The translations under genes and the position numbers were made by a program. From the NCBI RefSeq assembly GCF_006345805.1, contig NC_042999.1:73532001-73596000 (forward strand): a DNA stretch of 64,000 nucleotides, written 5' to 3'. Positions 1-13,904 of this stretch are shown here, piece by piece. The notes beneath the pieces are model-generated. The model saw nothing but the letters and a program-made list of their open reading frames with translations. It was not told the origin of the DNA and ran no database searches. Source of the stretch: Octopus sinensis. Taxonomy: Eukaryota. How positions within the stretch are numbered: the stretch's first letter is position 1; each line of letters starts with the position of its first letter.

Positions 1-728
1 TTCAGTTCTGAATTCAAATTCCACTGAGGTCAACTTTGCCTTTCACTCTTTCAGGGTTGGTAAAATAAGTATCAGTTGAGCACATGAGTTGATGTAATCG
101 ACTTAGACCCTCCCCTCAAAATTACTAGCCTTGTGCCAAAATTTGAAACTGATATTAAATAAATTAAATGTGGTGAGTTGACAGAATCAGTAGAATATCA
201 GACAAAATGCTTAGCAGTATTTCTTCTGGCTTTTTACATTCTGAGCCAAAATCCCAATAAGGTCAACTGCCTTTCATCCTTTTGGAGTCAACGGAACAAA
301 GTACTAAGCAAGTACTGGGGTTGATGTAATTGTTTCCCCCTCCCCTCCCTTGAAACTGCCTGATTTTGTGCCAAAATCAGAAGGAAACATTAAATAAATA
401 AAAAAAAAAAAAAATAAAGATTATTATTTATGAAAATTCAGTCTGGCTTACAGTAACGTCTCCACTCACAAGTAGTGGAGATGTTACTTGAGTTCTATCA
501 ATAGATTTGCTATTTTAGGACAGTCATTGACAGAATCAATAAGACATTGGACAAAATGCGTTGCAGTCTATAGTTATGTTTCTTTCTGTTATGAGTTCAA
601 ATTACAAAGGAGCTGACTTTACCTTCAACCCCTCTTAAATTAATAACATAAACATTATTCAACTACTGGAACCCATTAAATCAACTACGCACTCCTTCCA
701 AATTTATAATCTTGCAACAAATATAGAA

Positions 729-730
<2 letters not shown>
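1..730 (+). mobile_element. Three head-to-tail decayed copies of SINE family A
   Basis: The block TTCTGA(G)TTCAAATTCC..GAGGTCAACTTTGCCTTTCATCC..AAAATAAGTACCAG..GATGTAATC..CCTTGTGCCAAAA recurs at ~1, ~170 and ~525. It also occurs at ~1405, 4265, 4510, 5020, 21440 and 54550. Copies have AT-rich/(TAT)n tails. Confidence 0.75.
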
Positions 731-780
<50 letters not shown>

Positions 781-1404
781 TTACTATTATTATTATTATT
801 ATTTCAGTAATGTTATTTTTATTGTGCTCTTTTTTTTAATGCACAGCTAAGCACACAGCTACACACAGCTGCATGTGTTGGTTATGTGCAGTGTTTTGTT
901 TTATTTTTGCAATTTACTCTCCTGTTGAAACTACTTCACCTAATATCAGAGCAGTTCCTAGTAGGGCTAATTTATTCATGTTATGTATAAGCCAGTCCTG
1001 AAGTTTTGGTTATATATTTATTTGTGTTTTTTAATCAGCCCCAAAGTATCTATTTGTTTCTGTTTTTTTTTTAATCTCCACATTCTTTATTTTTATCCAC
1101 TTCATTTTCCCTTATCAGCAACATCATTTAACACCAGGCTTCAATACTAGCGTGGGTTGGATGGTTTGGAGGATCTGATGAGCCAAAGGACTGCATCATT
1201 TAGAAAATACATCAAGAGTGTCGTTCCTTCAAATAAGAATTCAGTATATCTTGGAAGAACATGCATAAAATGATTCAAATTTAACAACAATGTTCATGAT
1301 TATTGAAAGTATTCAAGGTTCACAGAAAAAATAACATTCAATGGCAAGTATGCATAAAAGTGTTTAGATTTCACAAGGTTGTTCAAAGTAATGAGTTACT
1401 AACA

Positions 1405-1620
1405 TTGGTGAATGGGCAGAAACATTAGATCAACAAACAAAATACCTTGTGATATTTATTCTGAGTTTGAATCCCACAGAAGTCAACTTTGCCTTTTATC
1501 CTTCTGAGGGTCATAAAATAAAGTACCAGTCAAGTACTGAAGTCATTATAAGCAACTCTACCCATCATCTAAATCAGAAATGAGCCAGCCAATGCTAGAA
1601 ACAATTACTATAATTACTAT
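1405..1620 (+). mobile_element. SINE family A copy
   Basis: Same CTGAGTTTGAATCCC..GTCAACTTTGCCTTT..AAAGTACCAGTCAAGTACTG block as 1-390. Confidence 0.65.
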
Positions 1621-1639
1621 TAATGTTGTTTATTGTGTA

Positions 1640-2600
1640 TGGTCACATTTCACAGAGTTTAATTTACTCAAGGTTATTTGATGAAAAAAAGAATTTGAAG
1701 GGTTCTTTCAACTAGCAAAGGTTTCAGAATATTTAAATGTCCATCCCATTATGCTAGATTGGAAAAGAAAGTTTATCATTAAACATTTTTATGACATATA
1801 CCTAATTTTGTAAACATCTACAGGGCTCTGCATCCATGTGTGAAATGTCCTTACTTCATGTGTACAAAAGGAGTAAGCAGAAGTACCATCAAATGTACCT
1901 TGTACAAACTATAGACACACAAGAAATGTAGTAGAATCATTGGTACATTAACTGTGAAAGTAGACTATGTATGCGACAGATGTTTCTGAAGCAATATACA
2001 CTAAAAGTACACAGGAAAAAGATTATCACCATTGCACAGTAGGTTCCTTGAAGATAGCTGATAACACCAGCTATCTAATTAGCAGAGAAGGAAGATGTTC
2101 TGAAAGTACAGCAGTCAGAATACGCTGGAGAAAGTTTAGGGAGCTATTCATTTTTGTAAGTAACAACTCCCTCAGAGTAAAAGGCAGCTTATGTGATGCT
2201 TGTGTACAAACTGCAATGTTACATAGTGAGACATGGGCCCTGAATGCAGGAGACTTGCAAAGACTATAATGAAATGAAACTAGCATATTCTATTGGATGT
2301 GCAAGATAAATGTGCATGAACAAAGTAGAAATGCGTTGAAAGCATAAGAGGAATCAGATGTAATGTACAAAAGAGATGACTGCATTGGTATGCTCATGCA
2401 TATGGATAAGAGCTGTATGGCAAAATGCTGATCACTTATAGTGTATGGAACCTATGCAAGAAAGAGAGCCAGGAAGATGTGGAATGAAGTAGCAATGACT
2501 GGTTTCGGGACTTTGAACCTCACAGAAGAGATGACAAATGACAGAGATGACCACAGACATAGTGATGAAGAAGATCCATCTACCTATACAAACATGGTGA
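1640..2600 (+). pseudogene. Decayed RTE LINE, 3' part of RT ORF
   Basis: ORF 1967-2269 (CSESTAVRIRWRKFREL..LRVKGSLCDACVQTAMLHSETWAL..DLQRL) aligns by eye with the open RTE at 63179-64000. A degenerate PHD-coding segment lies at ~1840-1990. Multiple stops. Confidence 0.85.
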
Positions 2601-4264
2601 AACTGAGGTTAAAATAGTGATAGAGGATAGAAATGGAAGCTGGAAGCATAATGTGTATGCACATACCTTGGTTCCTTACCAAATATGTCCTTGTCAAGTC
2701 TACACCTGCTGTCCCACCTCACTCCTCAACTACTCCCCCTTCCATCACTCTTCTATCAACTGTATTATTCTGTTGCTGTAATTAATGAAAGCAGAACTCA
2801 TCACTATATATATAACCATCCTTTCTGTTCTTCCACTCATTACTCCCTCCTCTTCAAACTCCTTCTTACAGTCTTCTATTCTGCAGTTATACCATTGTCC
2901 TCTATCACCCCCTACTCACCTTTGACTACCTTCACCACCTCTATTTCTATCACTCACCTACACTCTGGCACTCTTTACCCACCCTTCCTGATTCTCCTGC
3001 CATCATGCTCACTCTTGTTCTCTTACTTGGACACCTTACCTTGAGTATATGTTCTGGCTCCTAAGCACCTTAATCTCTTTTTTTAATATTCCATCAACTT
3101 ATCACCTACCCATTTATATGTATATACATCACAGTGTAATCCTAAATCTCCTCATACTGAATCCACCCCCACTGTCCTCCTTTTTGCTCTTTGATTGTTA
3201 ATAATAAATTATTGCATTAAATGCCAAATAGTATTTGGTATTTAATAGTTCAAATCCTATCTTTTATGTAAAGATAAAAGAAATTCCATTGGAGTTAATT
3301 AAATCAATGGTGCTGTCATTTCCATAATAATTGGAAAATATAGTGTTATTAATAGCAAAGATGTTAGAAAATGGTGAGCACTGGTCCAAATGATTTTTTA
3401 GTGCTTTGTCTTGTCCAAATACATCCTGCATTCAGTTCATACCAGATTTTACTTTCTCTTTTAGCACTCAACTAAAAGATGGACAAAACAATGTAAGTAA
3501 AATGGACACAGAAGCATTAAGTCAATAAAATCTCTCAAAAATTACACTCATTAAAAAAAAATTTGTTTTCACCTTTTAAAAAAAAGCATCTATTATGTTA
3601 CAATAATTTTGTTTTTTAGTGACCTTTGTTTTCACCATTGCACCAATTGATTCCTTCAATTTTAAAGCCAGATATAAATAGAATATATATAATATATATG
3701 ATAAACAAAACAAAAAGAGAATAAAAAAAGATATTCTTGTATTTCATTTCAACCAGAAATTTTCCCCCGAACAGAACTAATGAAAACACCATAGTATCAG
3801 TATTTCACAAGCAAGAGACTCCTTAAAAACAAAAAAAAAGTATCCTTTGATTTCTAATAATACAAAGAACATAGGTCTTGGTTATCTTAACAGCTTTATT
3901 CAGCCCTTGAAAAACCATTATTTTTAGTAAGCTATTTGGTGAATGTGACTCATTATGGAAATAATAAGGTTCTTCAAAGTCAGGAAGATATAAGAGGCAT
4001 AGAATGAGATCTCTACTGAATCTAAAACTGGTGCTGCACTGAGTTATCATGTCTTCTGATAGGGCTATACTACATACAAAATGAAATTACACTTAGAGGT
4101 GGCACACACAATAAAACATGTCAGCATCAGTAATCAGCTCTTTTATTCATATCAAAGCTTCCTCGGTAATATTAATGGTTCTAGAACAAAACAATTTTCA
4201 TTTAGTGAAGATAACAATACCATTTCACTTATCTATGAACAAAACTGGTGAAATTATTATCATT

Positions 4265-4712
4265 ATTATTATAAGTATCATCAGGGCAAAATCAGTAGAA
4301 TCCAGAACAAAATGCCTTCTAGAATTAAATTACATTCTATATTTAAATTTGCAGAGATTAATTTTGCCTTTCATCCTCATGAGGTCAATAAAATAAGAAC
4401 CAGTCAAGTTTGAGGGCCAATTGAATACACGAAACTCCTTTCACAACAATGTAAAGCATTGAGCTTAAGCTAGAAATCATCATCATCATCATTTTTATTA
4501 TTTTTAAGTCAGCAAGCTGACAGAATTGTTAGCATGCCGAACAAAATGTTCCATGGCATTTCTTCTGGCTTTACATTCTGAGTTCAAATTCAACCAAGGT
4601 CAACTTTGCCTTTAATGCTTTCAGAGTCAATAAAATAAATAACAATTGAGCACTGGGGTCCATGTAATCAACTAGCCACCTTCCCCAAAATTTCAGGCCT
4701 CGTGCCTAGTAC
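4265..4712 (+). mobile_element. Two tandem SINE family A copies
   Basis: GCTGACAGAAT..CAAAATG..TTTACATTCTGAGTTCAAATT..GGTCAACTTTGCC block matching 170-390. Confidence 0.7.
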
Positions 4713-4985
4713 TGCCTAACTGGCCCCCATGCCGGTGGCACATAAAAAGCACCATTCAAGCATGGTCAATGCCTGTGCCACCTGATTGGCCCCCATTCCG
4801 GTGGCACATAAAAAAGCACCCACTACACTCTCGGAGTGGTTGGTATTAGGAATGGCATCATGCTGTAGAAACCTTGCCAAATCAGATTGGAGCCTGGTGC
4901 AGCCTCCTGGCTTGCCAGTCCTCAGTCAAAGTGTCCAATCCATGCCAGCATGGAAAGCAGACGTTAAATGACAATGATGATGATG
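4713..4985 (+). mobile_element. Family D non-autonomous retroelement (GCCGGTGGCAC minisatellite plus (GAT)n tail)
   Basis: AAAAGCACCCACTACACTCTCGGAGTGG..TTAGGAA.GGCATC..CATGCCAGCATGGAAAGC.GACGTTAAA..(GAT)n is shared with 11195, 28130, 31525, 34972 and 38830. Confidence 0.75.
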
Positions 4986-5977
4986 TGCCTATATTAGAAT
5001 GGATTATTATTATGATGAGTATTTGGTGGTTGTCCATCTTTGCATTGTGAGTTCAAATACCACCAGGTATTTACTTTGCATCCTTTCGAGGTCAATGAAA
5101 TTAATACCAGTTAAATATTGTGGTCAATGTAATCAACTTGCTCCCTCACCCAAAATTTCAGGCCTTGTGCCTTTAGTAGAAAGAATTATTATCATTATTA
5201 AATCAATAAAAGCAGAGTACCCTTTTTTAATGATTTAGTCAAAAGAAGGCAGTGCCTTCACCCTTTTCAGGATTTCTAAGACTTGGTGGGAGGGAAGCAA
5301 TTATGCTAAAACTAGAGACCTAACCTAAATGCTTGCAATAAAATTGGCTCTGCTAAAGGCACTCATCAGCCAGATGATAGTGCTAAACAAGATACTGAGG
5401 TTATGAAAGAAAACACTTGTCCAAATTGCTATACAGGGGAAATGAACCCAAAATACATGCAGTATCAAAGTAAACTTACCTATATAACCACGTCTGTACC
5501 CCCACTCCTTCCCCATATTCAGTACCAATTAGTTCTGACATCATTTAATTTCATTTCTCTAGATTCTGATTTCAAATTTCTCCAGGAATCAAAAAAAAGC
5601 AAGTACTAGGTATATATTAGGGCTTAGGCAATCAACTACAGCTTCTATTTATGTGGGATTGTATCAATATGAGAAATAATCATTATACAAACCAACACAG
5701 GAGCATCTACACTTTTACACAGCCTGCTAAAAGTAGAAGCCAAATCTCCATAAAATCACACAGCCACCTACTATCTTAGAAAAGGACATTGATTCATTTT
5801 GTGTAAGGTACACTGCACTGTTCTGAAAAAAAAACAGGCAGGATGGTCACTGATGGAATGTCTTGGGACTAACCAACAACAAGAACAATTATCATTATAT
5901 AATTTGATTTTTAAGGGATACATACAGAACATCAGTTTATATAAAGAAGCTGGAATAAAAAGAGAACAAGACAAATT

Positions 5978-6230
5978 ATTCTGTTGTATCTGGGGAGAGT
6001 CATTTTCTTTTTGTGCCTTATAATTTAACGCACTCACCGGTAAAATTTCCACTTATTTTTATTTTTATTTTCCTAAAATTTTCATTGCGTCTTGCAACCT
6101 TTTCAATAAGTGGAAATTTTACCGGTGAGTGTGTTAAATTATAAGGCACCAAAAGAAAATGACTCTCCCCAGACAAAACAGAATATGCTTCAACACACAA
6201 ACTCACATAAAGAATCTTGCAAACCAAATT
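5978..6230. repeat. Inverted pair of a dispersed repeat (~80-bp arms, ~47-nt loop)
   Basis: 5978-6058 is the reverse complement of 6105-6184. A single direct copy of the same unit lies at 57330-57515. Confidence 0.85.
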
Positions 6231-6757
6231 CAAAAATGAAAGACGAATTATCTTTACTGTGAAAATAGTTGCACTAAATAAGTTAGCACCCTTATCTGAC
6301 TAATGTAAGGGAAATATTTATCCTGCATCTGCTTCACATTGCATAAATTACAGTTAGCACTAATCTCTACAGAAGAAACCTCTTGTGCTTTATGAAAAGA
6401 TTGATATAAACTTATTAATTCCATTCTTGGCTATACAAATAAATGTACTGAAGGTAACAAAGAAGAAAAAACAACAAAAATATACACAAATAACAACAAC
6501 AACAAATAGATAAATAAAACTAGCCATGGTGTGGGTGGGAAACAAAGCAAACGTTCTGTCAAAGTCTGGAAACAAACAACCAAATATTGAACAAGATGAT
6601 TTATTTATTATTCTAAGCTTAGCTTATTCAACCTCTTCCCTCAAAATACCCAGATGAACTCTGTATACTTTTGATCTTCCATGTAGAAAGACATTTTTGC
6701 AGTTATTATCTGGTTCTTCTTTTTTTGTTTTTTCAATAATTTCCATTATTATTATTA

Positions 6758-6803
<46 letters not shown>

Positions 6804-7679
6804 CATCAATAATAATAATAATAATATTAATAATTCTACTTTGTGTAAATATTATTTTTAATCTAGAGTTTTGATTATTATTATCATTATTATTATTTAC
6901 TAATTTCATTTCATTTTCTTTTGTTGTTTTCTTTGAGAAAGATGCATTTATTATATTGCTTTATTACAAGTTTTTATTATTATTATTTTGTTTCCATTAC
7001 ACTCTCCTACCCTTCCTCCTCCCCCCCCTCTCTCTCTCCTTGGTTCTTTTTGATGAAATATCAGCAGTAAATACGTCCCCAAGTAATGTTTGAAGGGTAA
7101 AAAGAAAGAAAAAGTTGAAAGGAAAAATAATGTGAATGGAAAACTAATGAAGCACAAAGTAAGGTGCATTATATATGTGGGAAGGCAAGAGTGCACATGT
7201 GTGTGTGTGTGTGAAAGGGTGTTCCCAGTACTGGGTTGGCACAATATTTAGAAGATGATGGGTAGGTTGTTAGGCAACTATGAATCCTCCCATTAAATAT
7301 ATTGGTGGTGGTGGTGGTGAATGATAGAGGAATGGGGGGGAGAAGTGAAAGAGAGAGATACAGCTCTCTGTGTAAAAAGCACTCATTCACTTTGGTGACA
7401 AACTGGGTTGTCCTGTCAGAGTATAACAAACGGAACAGAGGAACAGATAAATGAACGCAATGGAATGGATAAGTGAACAAAGGCTACGAGGTGGGGTGGG
7501 GCGGGTGGGGGGGTCTCCTACCCAGCAGAACTGTCTTAACATTACCATCATCACCATTATAATCATCACTATCATTATTACAATCATCATGATGACTGAT
7601 AATCATAATCATCAGTGTCCTTGAATGCTGTCTTTGTTGTTGTCAGTATAATTATAAAAGTGATCATTATCATCTAAAC

Positions 7680-7928
7680 TAGCTGTCCCCAATCTTTTTT
7701 GTACTAGAGACCAGTTTCACACAAGACAATTTTTCCAGACCAAAGGATCATATACATGACAAAATACAATAATTTAATTATTACATATATAATGTGTATA
7801 AAATGCAAAAACACCCTGTAGACTGTGACAGTCAATAAAACAGAAATAAAAATTAATATATTCTTTCTTTGCAGCCTGATACCAAATAATCCAAGGCATG
7901 GTACTGGTTCAGGGATTGGTGACCCCTG
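7680..7928. mobile_element. hAT (Charlie-like) MITE
   Basis: Termini TAGCTGTCCCCAATC / GATTGGTGACCCCTG. Flanked by ATCTAAAC / ATCTGAGC (8-bp TSD, 6/8 match, NTCTAGAN-like). Confidence 0.65.
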
Positions 7929-9079
7929 ATCTGAGCTACTATTGTCACTATTATCATTAGAAATAGGGCTTCTATACAAATATTTGACCTGTTAGATATA
8001 ACAGCTAAATCTCCCTCAAATTACATCATACTGACTTAACTAAAGAAAGATATATTGGGTATGGTATACAAACAAGCAGAATGACCATGGCTGGAACCTT
8101 TGAACATAGAGTCCACTCAATCAAAGATGACCGGGGTTTGACCCTTTTGTTACCATATCTCTATTTGTTTCAATTAATTTAAGAAATAATGAAGAATTTA
8201 CAAAAATAACTTTGTCATTATTAAACCTGATGTTTGAAACATAAATTAACCTAAAATTTTCATGGAAGAATTTAATTCAGATCACTTTAAAACAGGAAGG
8301 TTGTATCTTAGAATGGGGGGATTCTGGCAGATTTGTATCAAAGTATCAAACAACAACACTGAATCCAAATGAATCAGCTAACATGTTTTTATTTTTATCA
8401 AAACTAAACAAGCTTTCTTTCTTCACCTCACAATTACTAAAAGTTATAAAGAATATATCTTAGTGAATATAAAACACGCATTTATTCATAATCATGCTGG
8501 GTGGGTACATATGGTATTAAATCCAGGCTTTTATCAGTTTAACATTTTGTAAATTATACAAGAAATTGTTTGTGGTCTCAGTAAAGATATGTTTTCTGCC
8601 ACATTGGTAGATGAGAGATGAGGTAAATAATCCTGATAAAACATATATCAATTGATTTCTCATTCTCAGACAATTGCTCGTGATTTCCACATACTAAATT
8701 CAAAACAAGCAGTGTTGGTGTTACATGTGCATGTTTATATAGATGTGTGTGGGTGTATGTATATATTTGTGTGTGTATTTTACTTGTTGGGCCAGTGGGA
8801 AGGAGTGGTGCCCATGACATTTACATGTCATTTGTGTAGACTGATGCCATTAATTTTCTTTTTGAACCATTGCAACACAACTGCAGGAAAGGCATGAGTA
8901 TGGAAGGAATTCCAAGGGATCACATTCAGGGAAGGAAAAACTGGACATAGTAATTAGTGTGAAACCTGCAGTATTGAATACAGAGATGATGGGAGAAGAA
9001 GTGACAAATGGATTGTAAATGTCTGAGTAAAGTAGGTATGAGACCAACCAGCCCCAAAGAGTAGAATCTATTACAAAAA

Positions 9080-9397
9080 AAGACCCTTTTCAGTCATGAA
9101 TGACCAGAGGATTGCACCTAGAAAGTTCCCCTCTGAGGCAAATGTCCAGGCAAGTTTGTTTATGGAAGACCAGCAGTCACCCATGCATACCAGCCTCCAC
9201 TCTCCACACCACCAATGTTATCCGAGGGAATGCAAAGGCCGAAACAGCTTGGCACCAGTGATGTTGTAACTCATTTCTACAGCTGAGTGAACTGGAGCAA
9301 TGTGTCTTGCTCAAGAACACAACACACAGCCCAGTCTGGGAATCAAACACACTACCTCATGATTGTGAGCCTGACACTTTAACCACTGAACCATGCA
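9080..9397 (-). mobile_element. tRNA-derived SINE (family C-like head)
   Basis: Reverse strand reads TGGTTCAGTGGTTAAAG (A box)..TTTGATTCCC (B box)..GTGTTCTTGAGCAAGACAC, as in 53390. Confidence 0.65.
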
Positions 9398-9399
9398 TA

Positions 9400-10140
9400 G
9401 TGCTTGTGAAAAAGGTAGGGAGAGGAGACGGCACACTTGTGAGTCAGAGACTAGAGTAAGTCTGTGAATAACTTTATGCCAATCATTTAGCTGGGTAACT
9501 CTTTTCTGAATGCAGCCTGGAACATCTATGTGTGCAGCAGCACTGTCCCAGATGCGGGAGCAATACTCCATTATGAGCCTCACAAAAGTAGGGAGCTGAA
9601 GAATTCTCTGACCAAAAAGAGAAGGGGCTAGTCATCAGAATATGATCCCAGCTATACAAAGGATGTACTTTCATCAGGAGAGATTCTCAGTAATAATGTG
9701 ACCCAAAATTATGGTGCTTGTGTGTCTGTGTGTGTAGATTAATCAAGAGGTAAGATCCCAGTAATTTGAACTAAAATGTTTTAATCCCTGAGAAAGGCAT
9801 GAACAAAACATCCCATTCTTCACCTCTTAACCACATAAGGCTTGTTTCCAGACCAAATAGAATCAATATCTCATGCACTGGTACCATCTTAATCTTTTTT
9901 CTGTCAGAAGAGTCCATCAAAAGGAAATTGGTCTTAATGCTTTAATGTTGTTGTTGTTGTGGGGTGCCACAGGTCAACCTTGAATAAAGATACTCCACAT
10001 TTGACTTATCTTGTCATTCTGGTAAAGTGTGGAGAACCACATTACCAAATGTGTTCTGTATTCATGACAATAGAATGTGATCTCCCGGAGAATCAATTGT
10101 TGTTTCTAGGAAGTGGAGCAATGAATGATGTAGAGGCTCT
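9400..10140 (-). pseudogene. Highly decayed non-LTR (CR1/Jockey-group) RT fragment
   Basis: RLIMEYCSRIW..CIQKRVTQL resembles the RPxMEYCSxIW..IQKRA motif of the LINE RT thumb. Confidence 0.5.
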
Positions 10141-10480
10141 CCCATTAGCTCTCCATCATCATCATCATCATTTAATACCTGTTTTCAACAATGGCATGAG
10201 TTGGATGGTTTGACAGTTCAGGCTCTATTGTCTATCTAGGCATGGTTTCTACAGCTGGATGCCCTTCCTAACACCAGCCACTTTACAGAGTATACTGGGT
10301 GCTTTTTACATGGCATCAGCACAATGTTTATAAAATAGTTAAGAATTCCTTTCTTGTATGCTGATAAGCAATGGATGGGAGAATAAGTAGAGGAGCATTA
10401 GAAAACGTGTTTTGCTTACTTAATCATAACCATTTACCTTCTGAGTTCAAATTATACAAGGGTCAATATGTGTATATATA

Positions 10481-10531
<51 letters not shown>

Positions 10532-10821
10532 TATGTGTGTTTATGTGTGAATGTGTATATAAGCAGAACAAACTGATAAACAAAATTAGGCATAAAGAGT
10601 GTATTTACATTAAAACTTGTGTAGACAAATAATGAATGATCACAATTCTTTTTCTTTTTTTTTTTTTAGTTACATGGACAAATGGTTTCTGAACAGACTT
10701 TTTGTTGAAACTACTTATCATCAACTTATTATCCAACTTGTACCAAACATAGAAACTTTTTTATTGGCATTCCAATTTTATATCATTAAATCATTAAAAT
10801 AATTTACATATCATTTATATG

Positions 10822-11080
10822 AAGGCACATGGCTGGGTGGTTAGGCTGTTGCACTTACGATTGCTAGATCATGGGCTCAATTCCCAGACCAGGTGATGCA
10901 TGGTGTTCTTGAGCAAAACACTTCATTTCAAGTTGCTCCAGTTCCCCTTTCGATCAGTGGGGAATGTCAGTCTGCTCACCTAGCCAACAGGCCACATCAT
11001 TAGGAGGCTAAAATGATGCAAAGTGCAGTGTGACCAGTGATGTGTAACATCAGATAGTCTGATCAGTTGTGTGATTATAT
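10822..11080 (+). mobile_element. tRNA-derived SINE
   Basis: TGGCTGGGTGGTTAGG A box and GGCTCAATTCCC B box. The 3' part (GGCTAAAA..GTGACCAG.GATGTGTA..ACATC.GATAG) matches 30230-30360. Confidence 0.7.
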
Positions 11081-11194
11081 AAAATATCATTTAACATTTT
11101 CATGTTTTTTGTTTATACAATGATCATTAATAGATTTTGTAGCAGAACTTTGTATTTTACTATAATAAATGAAATATATATCGTGCATGTCTGT

Positions 11195-11695
11195 GTCATC
11201 ATCATCATTTAACGTTTGTTATTCAAGCTGGCATGGGTTGGATGGCTTGACCAGGGCTGGTAAGGTGAGGGGGTGCTCCAGACTCCAGTCTGATTTGGCA
11301 TAGTTTCTACAGCTGGATGCCCTTCTTAATACCAACCAATCTGTGAGTGTAGTGGGTGCTTTTACGTGCCACCAGCATGAGTGCCAGTTACATGACATCA
11401 GTAGCCACCACAATTGTGATATCACTTGGCTTGATGAGTCTTCTTCTCAAACATGACAACATATTGCCAAAGGTCAAAAGGTGCTTTTTACATACCACTG
11501 GCACCTGTGTCAGTTATGCAGCACTGGCATCAGACACACTGCCTCCGTGAGGCTCAACACTCAACAGGTGCTTTTTACGTGCTGCCAGCATGAGTACCAG
11601 ATACCTCCGTGAGGCCCAATGCTCAAAAGGTGCTTTTAATGTGCCACCAGCACAGATGCCAGGTATGCAACACCAGCATCAGCCACAATGCCTCC
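11195..11695 (-). mobile_element. Family D retroelement with internal GTGCCACC minisatellite
   Basis: (CAT)n-TTTAACGT..GCATGGGTTGGA..CAGCTGGATGCCCTTC..GTAGTGGGTGCTTTTACGTGCCACC. Confidence 0.7.
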
Positions 11696-12587
11696 AATAA
11701 CAAAAAAAATATTATAACTGAAATAACACACTTGAGCAGGAGTATAGTGCATCAAAAGTGTGTGGAGTCTAGAATTGCATCAGTCATCCAAAAATTGACC
11801 AATATGAAATTTCCCAATGGAAGTATACACAAAACATACACCATAAGTAAAACATCCATCATTTTCCTCTTTGTGCACGAATATTGATAGCTTGCAACAG
11901 AAAGAGTATTCAGCCATTAAATCATGCCTCACAATCAATTTCCCTTCAAGCCATGCTAGCATAGAAAAACAGCTGTTAACCCTTTGAAAACAAAACATGA
12001 TTATATCCATTCAAAATTTTATAACTGTTAACTGTGAAAAGTGATTTTACCCCACAGGTTTGAAAAATCTCTACTTCTGCTGCAAGAAGTAGAGACACAT
12101 CCAGTGCCATTTTTTACCAAAGACAATTTTTCAGATTTTTTTAGCATTTCCACATATTTCTTTACAGAGTAAGATCAAATACTTTTTGTGGTGGATATGA
12201 AAACCATACCAACAGAAGATAATGAAAAAGTATTACAGAAGCAGAAAATATCAGTTCTATTTTTTAGTGAATAATTAACATCATTATAGTCAAAGGCTAA
12301 AATGAATGAATGGACAAACAGTATATAACGCATACATCCCTCCCAAAATCTCAATACAATTACAAAATCATCCCAAAATAATGCATGAAGAAAAAATACC
12401 TGGATTCAAAGTCTCATTAGAATGAAACAAGGAAAGTTTTAGAAAAGAGATATTGAAAGTTGTGATAGAGTAATGAACTCTCCCTTTCTCTGTCACAAAC
12501 ACACACACACACAAATACATACAAACACTTTCTCATTAATCAATCTTTAGCTAACACTGTATAGGTAAGATTTATTGGAACATGGCT

Positions 12588-12970
12588 ATCTTTTACTTGT
12601 TTCAATTAATTGTCTGCAGCTATGCTGTGACACTGCCTTGAAGAATTTCAGTTGAACAAAATCAACCCAAGAACTTTTTTTTTTTAAAGCCTAATATTTA
12701 TTCTATAGGTCTCTTTTACCAAACTGCTAAATTACAGGGATGTAAACACATCAACACCAGTTGTCAAGTGGCGGTGAGGAACAAATGGAAAGACACACAC
12801 ACACACATATAGGATGAACTTCTTTCAGTTTCCATCTACTAAATACACTCATAAGACTTTGGTTAGCCTGAGACTATAGTAGAAGACACTTGCCCAAGTG
12901 TCATGCAGTGGGGCTGAACCCAGAACCATGTGGTTGGGAAACAAGCTTCTTACCACACTGTCATGCCTGA
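12588..12970 (-). mobile_element. tRNA-derived SINE family B
   Basis: Reverse complement of the 17035-17405 element (GACTGAAACAAGTAAAAGA tail; TGTGGTAAGAAGCTTG head). Confidence 0.75.
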
Positions 12971-13904
12971 AAATTTTACAGTTTCAACAGCAGAACACTC
13001 CTTTCAGCAGTTGTTGACTGGAGATCATGATTTCCGCATATTTAACTATATTACTTCCTCCAGCTGTGCCGAGCAGTATTGATGTTACCAAAGAATACCC
13101 CAAAGGATTTTTACCCCAACAATAACCACCTGTCATTCATACTGTAACCACAACAAACTGGAAACTGGGTGCAGCTATAACCACTCCAGTCATACAACAA
13201 CCATTTTCTTTCATCACCAACTGTGGATATATTCTTTACTCTCAGCACTGGTCTTTTCCTCACATGTATCTGCTATGTCAATTTTCTGCTAGCCTTTTCC
13301 AGTTCATGAGTCACTACTCTGATGTCCTTCCTGAGATCAATACCAGCTGAAGGAATATAGCTGGTATTGTCTAGCTACAAATCTATAACAGCCTACCTAT
13401 CCTTGCAACATCATCTATCCTGCAACTATCATCCTCAGTCTCCAAACAATTCACAAAGTCCTTCATATTTTAGGTCCTTCCTTTAGTTTCCATACTCCAT
13501 GTTTTACCCAATCAACATCAACCCAATAATTAAAACATTTTGGTCAAGTCAGGCTGTAATTTAAGTCTAGGTGTTGCATCTTTATCATATAGTGTTTCCA
13601 GAATACAAGTGCATCCCTGAAATCTATGTGCACCTTTCAGTCATTAACACTATGTAGAAGTGTGGGTGTTAGTTTTCCTTTGTTTATGCTCCTTGTGAAA
13701 GAGAGCAGGCAGCAGCTGTGTTGATTCTAAGTACATTCACTCTCTTTTATTCTTGTTTTAGCACATCAGAGAGAATACACAAGACTTGATGCCATTAGGA
13801 ACAATTACATACACACACACACACGTATATGTATGTGTGTGTACATGTGTATGTATGTATGTATGTATGTATGTATATATGTATGTATGTGTGTATGTAT
13901 GTAT

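Noticed and set aside
12975-13750. Possible Gypsy gag/protease relic (NPLGYSLV..GG on minus strand)
   Set aside because: Similarity is too faint and fragmented to call without a search.
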